DNA of 64,000 bases. It comes from an uncultured cyanobacterium (GTDB lineage: Bacteria > Cyanobacteriota > Cyanobacteriia > Leptolyngbyales > Leptolyngbyaceae). This document shows positions 20,443 through 28,703 of this stretch, one piece after another (positions within the stretch are counted from its first letter, which is position 1; each line of letters starts with the position of its first letter). A model generated the notes under the pieces. That model saw only the letters and a list, made by a program, of their open reading frames with translations, did no database searches and had not been told where the DNA came from. The stretch lies in NCBI GenBank assembly GCA_963766075.1, contig CAVYAN010000079.1:30382-94381 (forward strand), in the 5' to 3' direction. Made by a program: the position numbers and the translations under genes.

Positions 20443-22131
20443 CTAAAGGATCTCCAGAGCCAGAATAGTTTGATCATCTTCTTGAATCGGGTTTTGTGCG
20501 CGGATCTTGTCTAGGAGGTGGTGCAGATCCAGCGGCTTTTGTTCCTGAGTAAGGAGCTGCCAAAGCCCTTCTTGTTGGAGCATGGGATGGGTGGTAAGAG
20601 CGGAGGTTGAACTCTTGGTGGGCACTGTTTCATGGAGAAAAGTGGCTTCTGTAATGCCGTCGCTAGTGAGGAGAAAGACATTGCCGGACTCTAGATCAAG
20701 ACTGCCCGCCGGGGCCTTCCAATGGGGCAAAATACCCAGGGGAACACCGCGATCAGTCAGGTATTTGGGCATAGGCGTGGGATCTGAAGGCTGGATAGCG
20801 GTCCAGACTAGGGGGTAGATGTGTCCGGCGTTCGCGTAGACAAGCTGGCGGGTGCTTGGGCTGTAGCGCGCTAGGACCATGGTAATAAAGCAGTTAGTGC
20901 TCACCAGATCGCCCAAGAGGCTTTGGTTCAGGTTTTGCAGAACGATGTTGGGGGCCGGGGGAACTTCTTGAGAGAGTTCTCGGCGCAGAACGGAGATGGC
21001 GCTAGCCATGAACAAGGCGGCGGGCACGCCTTTGCCAGAAACATCACCGACAGCCAGCCAGAGATCGCCCTGGGGATGAACATAGACCTCAAAAAAGTCG
21101 CCCCCGACTTCACGGGCAGGATAGCAACAGGCTTGGACGCGGATGCCGTCAATTTGGGGCCAGCTTTGACGCAGTAGGTTGGTTTGAATTTGGCAGGCGA
21201 CGGCCAATTCGGCCCGCATTTGTTCGGCTTGGTTTTGGGTGCGCTGGTAGAGTTTGGCCTGGGACAGAGCGAGGGCGGTGGGTTCGGCGACGCCCTGGAT
21301 GAGATCAATATCTTCTGGAGTCCAGGGGGGTTGGTGAGGCGATCGCCACAGGGCCAAAATTGCCAGAAATTCCTGCTGATAGGTGAGGGGAACGATTAAG
21401 GGCCTGGGTAGATTGGGATCTAGAGGCTGGGCCACTTGAATGTGGCGAGACTGCAAGGTTTGGACAATGAGGGGATCGACTGATTCGGGATCAGCCTGGA
21501 GGATCACCGGGGGGATTTCCCCATTGTCGTAAGCGAATGTTTCGGGCAGGAGGCGATCGCCTTCCACGGGGTAGAGCACAGCTTGGCACGCTTCAAAGGT
21601 CTGCCCGAGGGTTTCGGCGATGGTTCGCAACATGCTTTGGTAGTCTAGGGACTCCCGAATGGCCGTGGTCACCGTGTTGAACAGAGATTCGCGCCGCAGG
21701 GCGCGCCGCAGATCGTTAGTGCGCTGCTTTATCACCTGGTAGGTTTCAGCCGCTTGTTGAATAATGCCGGTCAGTTGGGCGGTAGTCCAGGGTTTGGTAA
21801 TATACTTGAAAACCTTACCGGAATTGATCGCATCTACTAAATCTTCGACATCGGTGTAGCCCGTCAGGACAATGCGAATGGTGTCGGGGAATCGTTCGGC
21901 GATCTTGCTCAACAGTTCTGTGCCCAACATTTCTGGCATGCGTTGGTCAGAAATAATGATGGCCATTTCGCCCTGCTGCTCCAGCATTTCCCAGGCGGCG
22001 ATCGCACTGCCAGCAGTAATCACCTCAAAATCTCGTCGAAAAGTGCGATAGATCAAGTCGAGGTTGCCGGGTTCGTCATCGACAACCATGAGTTTGAGTT
22101 TTTGGGCAAGTTGATTCATGCACGGCTCCAC
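20443..22131 (-). CDS. REC-GAF-SpoIIE (RsbU-like PP2C) phosphatase
   Basis: VVDDE/SDQRMP/KP receiver, central GAF, VGGDFF, GDVSGKG, SDGITE, EDDQT. Confidence 0.92.
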   Translation of the reverse strand: MEPCMNQLAQKLKLMVVDDEPGNLDLIYRTFRRDFEVITAGSAIAAWEMLEQQGEMAIIISDQRMPEMLGTELLSKIAERFPDTIRIVLTGYTDVEDLVDAINSGKVFKYITKPWTTAQLTGIIQQAAETYQVIKQRTNDLRRALRRESLFNTVTTAIRESLDYQSMLRTIAETLGQTFEACQAVLYPVEGDRLLPETFAYDNGEIPPVILQADPESVDPLIVQTLQSRHIQVAQPLDPNLPRPLIVPLTYQQEFLAILALWRSPHQPPWTPEDIDLIQGVAEPTALALSQAKLYQRTQNQAEQMRAELAVACQIQTNLLRQSWPQIDGIRVQACCYPAREVGGDFFEVYVHPQGDLWLAVGDVSGKGVPAALFMASAISVLRRELSQEVPPAPNIVLQNLNQSLLGDLVSTNCFITMVLARYSPSTRQLVYANAGHIYPLVWTAIQPSDPTPMPKYLTDRGVPLGILPHWKAPAGSLDLESGNVFLLTSDGITEATFLHETVPTKSSTSALTTHPMLQQEGLWQLLTQEQKPLDLHHLLDKIRAQNPIQEDDQTILALEIL

Positions 22132-22324
22132 GGACGGACAGATCGCGTAGCTTCAGTCGGATCATTTGATTCAGACGATAGCGTAGGGCAAAGGCATCAC
22201 CTGATTACAGGGTGCCCGTAGCTATCGGGGAAGTAACGGGCATGAGGGATGGGTTTGGAGCGCCGCGATCGATGATACCCTACCCTTAGGAGTCCTACCT
22301 TTCCCCTAAAATCCCACTTTTCCC

Positions 22325-23026
22325 CTAAAATTCAATCTTCCGATAGTGATAGGACTCTGCCTTAGCACCCCAGACTTGCTTGCCTTGGGCGTCAAAGCCA
22401 CGATCCCATGTTTCCATGCCGGTGGAATGCAGGAGGATGTGGTTGGTGATGCGGGTGGCACCCCGGACGTTAGCGGGGCAGCCATCCGCAGGCGTATTCC
22501 CCCAGTATATGTTTTGGCCAGTGGAATCCCGCGCCGGTTTCAGGAAAACACTGCACAAAGGAGTACTGAGAGCGCTGGGGGTGATCCGGCGATCGCTGGC
22601 GCTGCGATCACAGAAATTGACCCACGCCTGGGGATGGATGGGCTTGTAGGAGAGCGATCGCACGGTTTGACTGTAGGGACTGGCAGTAATCTGCAAAAAG
22701 CGCTGGCGATAGGGCTGGTTTAATTCAGTGGAAAGAGCTTGTTCCTGATACAGCCAAACCTGATCCAACTGATCAGTGCGCTGGATGGCACACGTGCTCA
22801 TCCGGACGGTAACGCGACTCCCAGGATGAGCAGAGGAGGGGGCAGAGGTTTCCATGGTGCCTGTGAGATAGGCGGCTACCTGCTGAACCTGCTGCGCGAG
22901 GGGAGCACTGGAAAAGCTACTAGGCTCAGTGGCGAAGGGCTCAGCCGCCAGCCCTGGATGTAGCCTGGGTAAACAGGCCAGCCCAAAGGAAAGAACTATA
23001 GAGCGGAAGAATCTGAAGCTCTGCAT
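22325..23026 (-). CDS. CpcT/CpeT-family chromophore lyase-like protein with an N-terminal signal-like segment
   Basis: LYQEQA, PYRQR, WDRGFD, VWGA. Confidence 0.8.
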   Translation of the reverse strand: MQSFRFFRSIVLSFGLACLPRLHPGLAAEPFATEPSSFSSAPLAQQVQQVAAYLTGTMETSAPSSAHPGSRVTVRMSTCAIQRTDQLDQVWLYQEQALSTELNQPYRQRFLQITASPYSQTVRSLSYKPIHPQAWVNFCDRSASDRRITPSALSTPLCSVFLKPARDSTGQNIYWGNTPADGCPANVRGATRITNHILLHSTGMETWDRGFDAQGKQVWGAKAESYHYRKIEF

Positions 23027-23121
23027 GAGGGTAAAAAAATTATGTGAGGTTCACAAGAACGACATACCCATTAACTAAACTATGCGATGCATCGATTAAA
23101 GTCTATGGGAGTTTGTAGATT

Positions 23122-23583
23122 ATGACTTTTCGGAATTTCAAACGCGGCGTGATCCTGCTGAGTGCCCTACTGAGTGCTGCCACTGTGACACCATTGCTAT
23201 CCAGTGTATCCCTCGCAAAGTCGGTTCCTGCGCCTACGCCATCACCGGCGTCCGCTGCACCCGCGGCATCGCCACGCATTCTAGATCAGCTCAAGCTTAG
23301 TGATGCGCAAAAGGCCAAGATTCGAGGGATTCGCTCCGCTCGCACCCGGAAAATTAATGAAGCGCTCAAGCCAGAACAACGGGCTAAGCTGCAAGCTGAG
23401 CTAAAGGCTGGCAAAAAGCTAGGCGAGGCGCTAAAGTCCCTCAATCTGAGCACAGATCAGAAAAAGACAATTGCTGGAGCTGTGCAAAAGTCCAATGAAG
23501 ACATCAAAGCCACGCTGAACGATACCCAGAAGAAACAACTGGAAGCTTATTTGAAACAGCGCCAGGGTGCTCCTGTGGATTAG
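23122..23583 (+). CDS. Exported helical protein, Spy/CpxP (LTXXQ)-like
   Basis: Signal peptide; LSDAQK, LKPEQR, LSTDQK, LNDTQK repeats. Confidence 0.7.
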   Translation: MTFRNFKRGVILLSALLSAATVTPLLSSVSLAKSVPAPTPSPASAAPAASPRILDQLKLSDAQKAKIRGIRSARTRKINEALKPEQRAKLQAELKAGKKLGEALKSLNLSTDQKKTIAGAVQKSNEDIKATLNDTQKKQLEAYLKQRQGAPVD

Positions 23584-23699
23584 TCTACGGCTGGATTAGT
23601 CTACGGCGCTGAGGCAACGACATTGCCTGGATCGCTGCGCCAAAATGACCGGCTTGGGAATCAGAAGGCAGTCTGAAGCTCTGGCACTAGAGCCCTGAA

Positions 23700-23730
23700 A
23701 CAGAAGGCACCGCCTCGGTCTGCCTTCTGT
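23700..23730. terminator. Hairpin between convergent genes
   Basis: ACAGAAGGCA...TGCCTTCTGT inverted repeat. Confidence 0.55.
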
Positions 23731-24885
23731 CTAGCGGTGTGCGATGAGTTGGGCTGTTTGCTGCAAGGCACTCTGCCAGGTGGCGTAACCTAGGGCCGTG
23801 AGATGAATGCCATCGGTCGTAAGTTCAGGTCGCATGTGGTTGCTGGTATCGGCAAATTGAGCATGCAGATTTAAAAATGTGACTCCTGATTGCTGGGCGA
23901 TCGCTGCCAGTTGCTGATTTAACCCGGCGATTCGCTGATTGGGAATCAGTGGCGATTGGGTTGGCAAAATCGATTGCACAATAATTTGTGCCCGAGGATG
24001 GAGCTGTCGGAGGCGCAGCATGATCGCCCGCAGGTTGCCCAGAATTTCGGCATTGCTGAAGCCATTTTTCAGATCGTTGACCCCGGCCAATAGATAGATG
24101 GTCTGGGCGCGGGGTGCGGCAAAGTCAGGCAGTCGGTTGAGAATGCCCCGGGTGGTTTCACCGGAAATGGATTGATTCAGCCAAAGCTGCTGCCGGGGTA
24201 GGCGATCGCTGGGGTACCAGAGACTGATGGAATCCCCAACCAGCACGGCCAACTGATTATTTCCCTGGCCGCCAGCCACCGCACGGGCTTCCGCCGCCAA
24301 TAACCGCCGCCATTGAGCATAGGTTGGTTTTTGTGTCATTCCCTGCCAAGCTGCGGCAAAGCTGTCGGAGGGTAGGCGGGTGTAAAGTTTTCCCGCTTGC
24401 AACGCGGCCAGTCGCTGGTAATAGAGTTCGCTATTGGAACGGGGGGCTACAGGGCGGGGGACCGGGACCTCTGGAGCAAGCGCTGGAGTAAGCGCTGGAG
24501 CAACCTCTGGAGCAATCTCTGGAGCAATCTCTGGGGCGTGAACTTCGGGGCGGATAGTGCCCAGGTGAACGGCGGGTAGCTGGGGCGATCGCTGCCAGTT
24601 CGGCGGGGACGGTGGGGCCTCAGGCAATTGCGGTTGCATGGCGGTTGGTGCCCCTTGGGCAAAGCCTGCTGGAGTAAGCGCTGGAGCAGCCTCTGGAGCA
24701 ATCTCTGGGGCGTGAACTTCGGGGCGGATAGTGCCCAGGTGAACGGCGGGCAGCTGGGGCGATCGCTGCCAACTCATGGGGGATGGTGGCGGTTCAGGCG
24801 ATTGTGGCGGCGTAGCGGTTGTTGCCCCTTGGGCAAAGCCTGCTTGAGCCAAGACAGCCGCTGCTAATAGGGCAGGATCACTCAT
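23731..24885 (-). CDS. SGNH/GDSL hydrolase with a duplicated Pro-rich N-terminal region
   Basis: VGDSIS, SGETT, GVNDL, DGIHL blocks. Confidence 0.9.
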   Translation of the reverse strand: MSDPALLAAAVLAQAGFAQGATTATPPQSPEPPPSPMSWQRSPQLPAVHLGTIRPEVHAPEIAPEAAPALTPAGFAQGAPTAMQPQLPEAPPSPPNWQRSPQLPAVHLGTIRPEVHAPEIAPEIAPEVAPALTPALAPEVPVPRPVAPRSNSELYYQRLAALQAGKLYTRLPSDSFAAAWQGMTQKPTYAQWRRLLAAEARAVAGGQGNNQLAVLVGDSISLWYPSDRLPRQQLWLNQSISGETTRGILNRLPDFAAPRAQTIYLLAGVNDLKNGFSNAEILGNLRAIMLRLRQLHPRAQIIVQSILPTQSPLIPNQRIAGLNQQLAAIAQQSGVTFLNLHAQFADTSNHMRPELTTDGIHLTALGYATWQSALQQTAQLIAHR

Positions 24886-25112
24886 ATATTTTATCTCAAT
24901 CAACTTATCTCAATCAGCGCTTTAATCCACTCTGATGTCTCTTGACACGACCCAGGCATCAGGGTCCGGACGGTTTGGTCGGCGGTTGAGTGCTCCCTGG
25001 CGATTGGGTGATTCCTACAGGGTGCTGATCTGTTGGGATTTTTTGCCTGTGCTTTCCCGGAACCGCCGTTCCACAGTAAAGTTGTAGGCGTTAGGGAAAT
25101 GGGAGAATGGGT

Positions 25113-25325
25113 ATGGAGACTACCATTAACAGCGCTGAGTTTAATTGTGCTGAGCTGTGCAAGGACGGCTGTATTAAGGCGGATGACTGCCCCAATTTGG
25201 AATTCAAGGCCCAAGCCGCCAAGTTCATTGAAACGACTTCGTTAGACCAAATGATCGAGATGGCGGCTGCCGCTGCCCGCAAAAAAATGTCTGCGCCCCC
25301 CCAGTGGGTATTCCCAGAGGAGTAG
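25113..25325 (+). CDS. Small Cys-cluster hypothetical protein
   Basis: CAELCKDGCIKADDCP motif, C-terminal PPQWVFPE; plausible RBS. Confidence 0.7.
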   Translation: METTINSAEFNCAELCKDGCIKADDCPNLEFKAQAAKFIETTSLDQMIEMAAAAARKKMSAPPQWVFPEE

Positions 25326-25380
25326 CGAGGTAATTTGTCGCCGATAAATTTGCCGCCTATCATTTCCTGCTAGATAAACT

Positions 25381-26092
25381 ATGCCAAGTGCTGATCGGAT
25401 TATTGTGCCGTTGGATGTGCCGGATGAGACCGCCGCGATCGCCCTCATTAACCAACTGCCCCAAGTCGACCTTTTGGAAGGTCGGCCTGGAATTGTTCGT
25501 CAGCTCTGGACCCGATATTCTGAAACGGTTGAAAGACCAAGGAAAACAAATTTTCTTGGATCTGAAGTTTCACGATATTCCCAACACTATGGCAGGGGCT
25601 TGCCGGTCGGCAGCAAGCTATGGGGTCGATTTACTCACGATTCATGCAACAGCCGGCAAGGCGGGGTTAGAAGCCGCACAACAGGCAGCCAGAGAAGGTG
25701 CAACCGGAGCAGGCATGCAGCCTCCACAGGTGATTGCGGTAACCCTATTAACCAGTGTAGATGGGCGATCGCTAGCCTTTGATCTGAAGGTGCCGTTAGA
25801 GCTACCGGAATACGTTTTACAGATGGCTTTGCTGGCCCAGGATACGGGCTTGGCAGGGGTGGTCTGTTCTCCCCAAGAGGCAGCCCAGGTGCGACAAGTG
25901 TGCCAAAACGACTTCTTGCTAGTCTGTCCCGGCGTGCGTCCGGCCTGGGCTGCTGCTGGGGATCAGAAGCGCACCTTTACCCCGAAGGCGGCGATGCAGG
26001 CGGGGGCCAGCTATTTGGTCATTGGGCGACCGATTACAGCAGCGGCCAATCCGGCAGCGGCATTTGAGCAGATTTGCGAGGAGATGGCCTAA
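25381..26092 (+). CDS. pyrF: Orotidine-5'-phosphate decarboxylase, with a +1 frameshift near 25467
   Basis: IIVPLDV in one frame, then [30 protein letters not shown] in the next. Confidence 0.93.
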
Positions 26093-26126
26093 GCCTCGTG
26101 GGAGATCAACACATGGAGAGATAAAA

Positions 26127-26823
26127 ATGGGGCAGCGGGGGGATCGAAAACCATGGCGACGCGGCATATTGACCGGTTCAATGGGCTGGATGTTGTGGGC
26201 GGGTCTGGCTGGGGCACGGGTGGACTTGCCTGCCGGCCTACCGCTGAGGGAAAACGGGCACAGAACTAGTCAGAAGCCTTGTCCAGCAACGCCAGAGGGC
26301 ATGATGCCGCTGCTGCTGCGCGATTTGCCGGGGTATGTCAATCGGGTGGCCCTGCCGATCGCGCACTCGGTCCTTCAATGCTGCTGAAATGGGCGCTTCG
26401 CGGGCTGGGGGAGCAGTGGCGATCGCCGTAACCCCAGCCAACTATGCAATTCTGGCCAGTCAACCGGAATTTACGCCCCTGCCTGTGGCTTCGCGTGAAT
26501 ACACCAGTCCCGAGGATAAAAAATTACACCAAGTTTTTTTTACAGTGCTGGAGCGGCAGTACAGCGGCACCGCAAGCCGCATTCAGGGCCCTCAAGGCCC
26601 GATCCCCCGTCTTTCCTCAGTCTCAGAATTTCAGCATTACCATTGGCTATTTTTGGCAGAAACAGATCAGGGATGGCAGCTAGCGATGCTATTTTCTCGA
26701 CTGGGGCCTTTTCCGGCGAATGCTGGACCACTCACGCCGCCTCGCGATACAACCCAGGGAATAACGGCTGAGGCAATTCGACTGTGGCTGCGGGATTGTC
26801 GGGCGGGAGCGGTAAAGCCTTGA
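26127..26823 (+). CDS. Conserved cyanobacterial hypothetical protein, +1 frameshift near 26355
   Basis: LLLRDLPGYVNRV in one frame, then RSRT...FFTVLERQY...WLRDC in the next; the extra C breaks a HIP1 site. Confidence 0.7.
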
Positions 26824-26911
26824 TGCTAATGTTAATGTCGATCCCGTGTTTAATGTCGATCCCGCGTTTATTTCTGCCCTTCCTGCCGTTGCTCTCCAGG
26901 ACGGTTTACCG

Positions 26912-28432
26912 ATGACGATGCGATCGCCTGTCCAAAAATCGACGTTTCCCCTACCCCTGGATCGGGCCGCCCTCACACTCATGGTTTTGATCAGCGTGAT
27001 CATTGGCGTGCTGCTCTGGGGCGGCGAGCGCATTGCCCCCAAAGTGCGCGATTTTACCTGGCAAGGCAAACAGGTGGGTGCCGAGGATATGGCGTTTTTG
27101 CTGACCTTTAGCCGCCCCATGGACCACAGCAGTGTCGAGAATAATCTGCGGCTAGATCCGCCGCTGTCTGGAAAAACGAGTTGGGCGGGACGGCGAATGG
27201 CCTATACCTTGGACGCGCCTGCCCCCTATGGCACATCGTTTCAGGTGCAGTTGCAGGGGGCGCGGGAACGGTTTGGCACAACAGGTCTGGGGAAACTAGA
27301 CATGCAGCCTTATATTGGGCAGTTTCGCAGCCGCGATCGCGCCTTTGCCTACATTGGCGCAGAGGGTGACGAAGCCGGTCAACTGATTCTGTTTAACCTC
27401 ACTCAAAAGCAAAAACTGCCCCTAACCCCAAAAAACTTAGCGGTCATGGACTTTAAGGTCTATCCCCTAGGCGATCGCATTTTGTTTGCCGCCACAGAAC
27501 GCAGCGGTCAATCCCAGGGACTCGTGGAACAACAACTCTACAGTGTCACCACGGGCATTCAGGTGAATCCCCCGGCCCAATTAGATCTCCAGGGGACTCC
27601 TGATTCAAAAGAGGCCCAAACGACACCGGCGGGGAAAGTCGAACGGGTACTGGACAATCAGGACTATCAAAACCTGCGGTTTGACCTCTCGGCAGATGGC
27701 AAAATCATTGTGGTTCAGCGCGTGAATCGCAAAAACCCAGCGGACTTTGGTCCCTGGATTCTTAGGCCGGGGCAACCCCCTCAGCCCCTCAAGGGTGAAC
27801 CCGGAGGCGACTTTTTGATTACCCCGGATAGCAACTCCCTGGCGATTGCCCAAGGTCAGGGTCTAGCCATTCTGCCCCTAGAACCCAATGCCAAGCCCCT
27901 CGACTTCTTGCCTAAGTTTGGCGTCGTCAAAGCCTTCTCCCGAGATGGCTCCCTCGCCACAATGATCAAGTTCAATACAGATCGGACGCGATCGCTCTTC
28001 CTCGTCAGTAACCAAGGCGTCCAGACCGAGCTGTTTCGCATCCCCGGTTCCATCCTGCAAACACAGTTCGATACAACCCGGCAATTCCTATATTGCGTAC
28101 TTACTGAACTCGTCACCCGCGAAAATCTCTATCAAGAAAATCCTTACCTTGCCGTGGTTGATCTCAAAACGAAGCAAACTACCATCTTGATGCCCTTGCC
28201 CCAGCAGCGCGATGTCCAGATGGAATTGGCTCCCGATGGCCTAGGGATTCTATTCGATCAAGTTGTCGAAACCAAACAGAACGCCATCGGAGAAATCCTA
28301 CGCGACAGTTCCGGCCAACCGATCACTTCCAGCCAACTGTGGTTGCTGCCCATTGATCCCCAGCATCCCACCGCCAAGGCCCAAGCCGAATCCTTGCCTC
28401 TCGTAGGTCTACGCCCGCGCTGGCTTCCGTAG
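26912..28432 (+). CDS. Membrane-anchored Ig-like (Big_5) domain plus TolB-like propeller protein
   Basis: TM helix, FSRPMDHSSVE, SWAGRRMAY, repeated SxDG/TPDS blades. Confidence 0.75.
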   Translation: MTMRSPVQKSTFPLPLDRAALTLMVLISVIIGVLLWGGERIAPKVRDFTWQGKQVGAEDMAFLLTFSRPMDHSSVENNLRLDPPLSGKTSWAGRRMAYTLDAPAPYGTSFQVQLQGARERFGTTGLGKLDMQPYIGQFRSRDRAFAYIGAEGDEAGQLILFNLTQKQKLPLTPKNLAVMDFKVYPLGDRILFAATERSGQSQGLVEQQLYSVTTGIQVNPPAQLDLQGTPDSKEAQTTPAGKVERVLDNQDYQNLRFDLSADGKIIVVQRVNRKNPADFGPWILRPGQPPQPLKGEPGGDFLITPDSNSLAIAQGQGLAILPLEPNAKPLDFLPKFGVVKAFSRDGSLATMIKFNTDRTRSLFLVSNQGVQTELFRIPGSILQTQFDTTRQFLYCVLTELVTRENLYQENPYLAVVDLKTKQTTILMPLPQQRDVQMELAPDGLGILFDQVVETKQNAIGEILRDSSGQPITSSQLWLLPIDPQHPTAKAQAESLPLVGLRPRWLP

Positions 28433-28703
28433 AGAATGGCTGAAAAGCCAAGCTTTTAGGCGGTTGCTCGTCGCCAGGGTAACTGAAGCCATAGAGATTT
28501 GATGAAGCGGAGGGCTAGATCGGCAAAGAACTAACGAGGTCTATTATTATGGGAGCGGCAAATCACGATAAATCAGCACTCTTGTCAAGGCTTTACGCTG
28601 CCGTCTTTAGAACGGATAGTGCTCCAAGACCTGATTAGTGGCGGCAAAATTTATCATTCCAAGGCAACGCCGGAAACTTCACAGTTCAGCAAATACCGCA
28701 TCA

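Noticed and set aside
25381..26092. pyrF as a pseudogene or programmed frameshift
   Set aside because: Single-base insertion without a slippery heptamer or further decay; one of many similar indels, so most likely a sequence error
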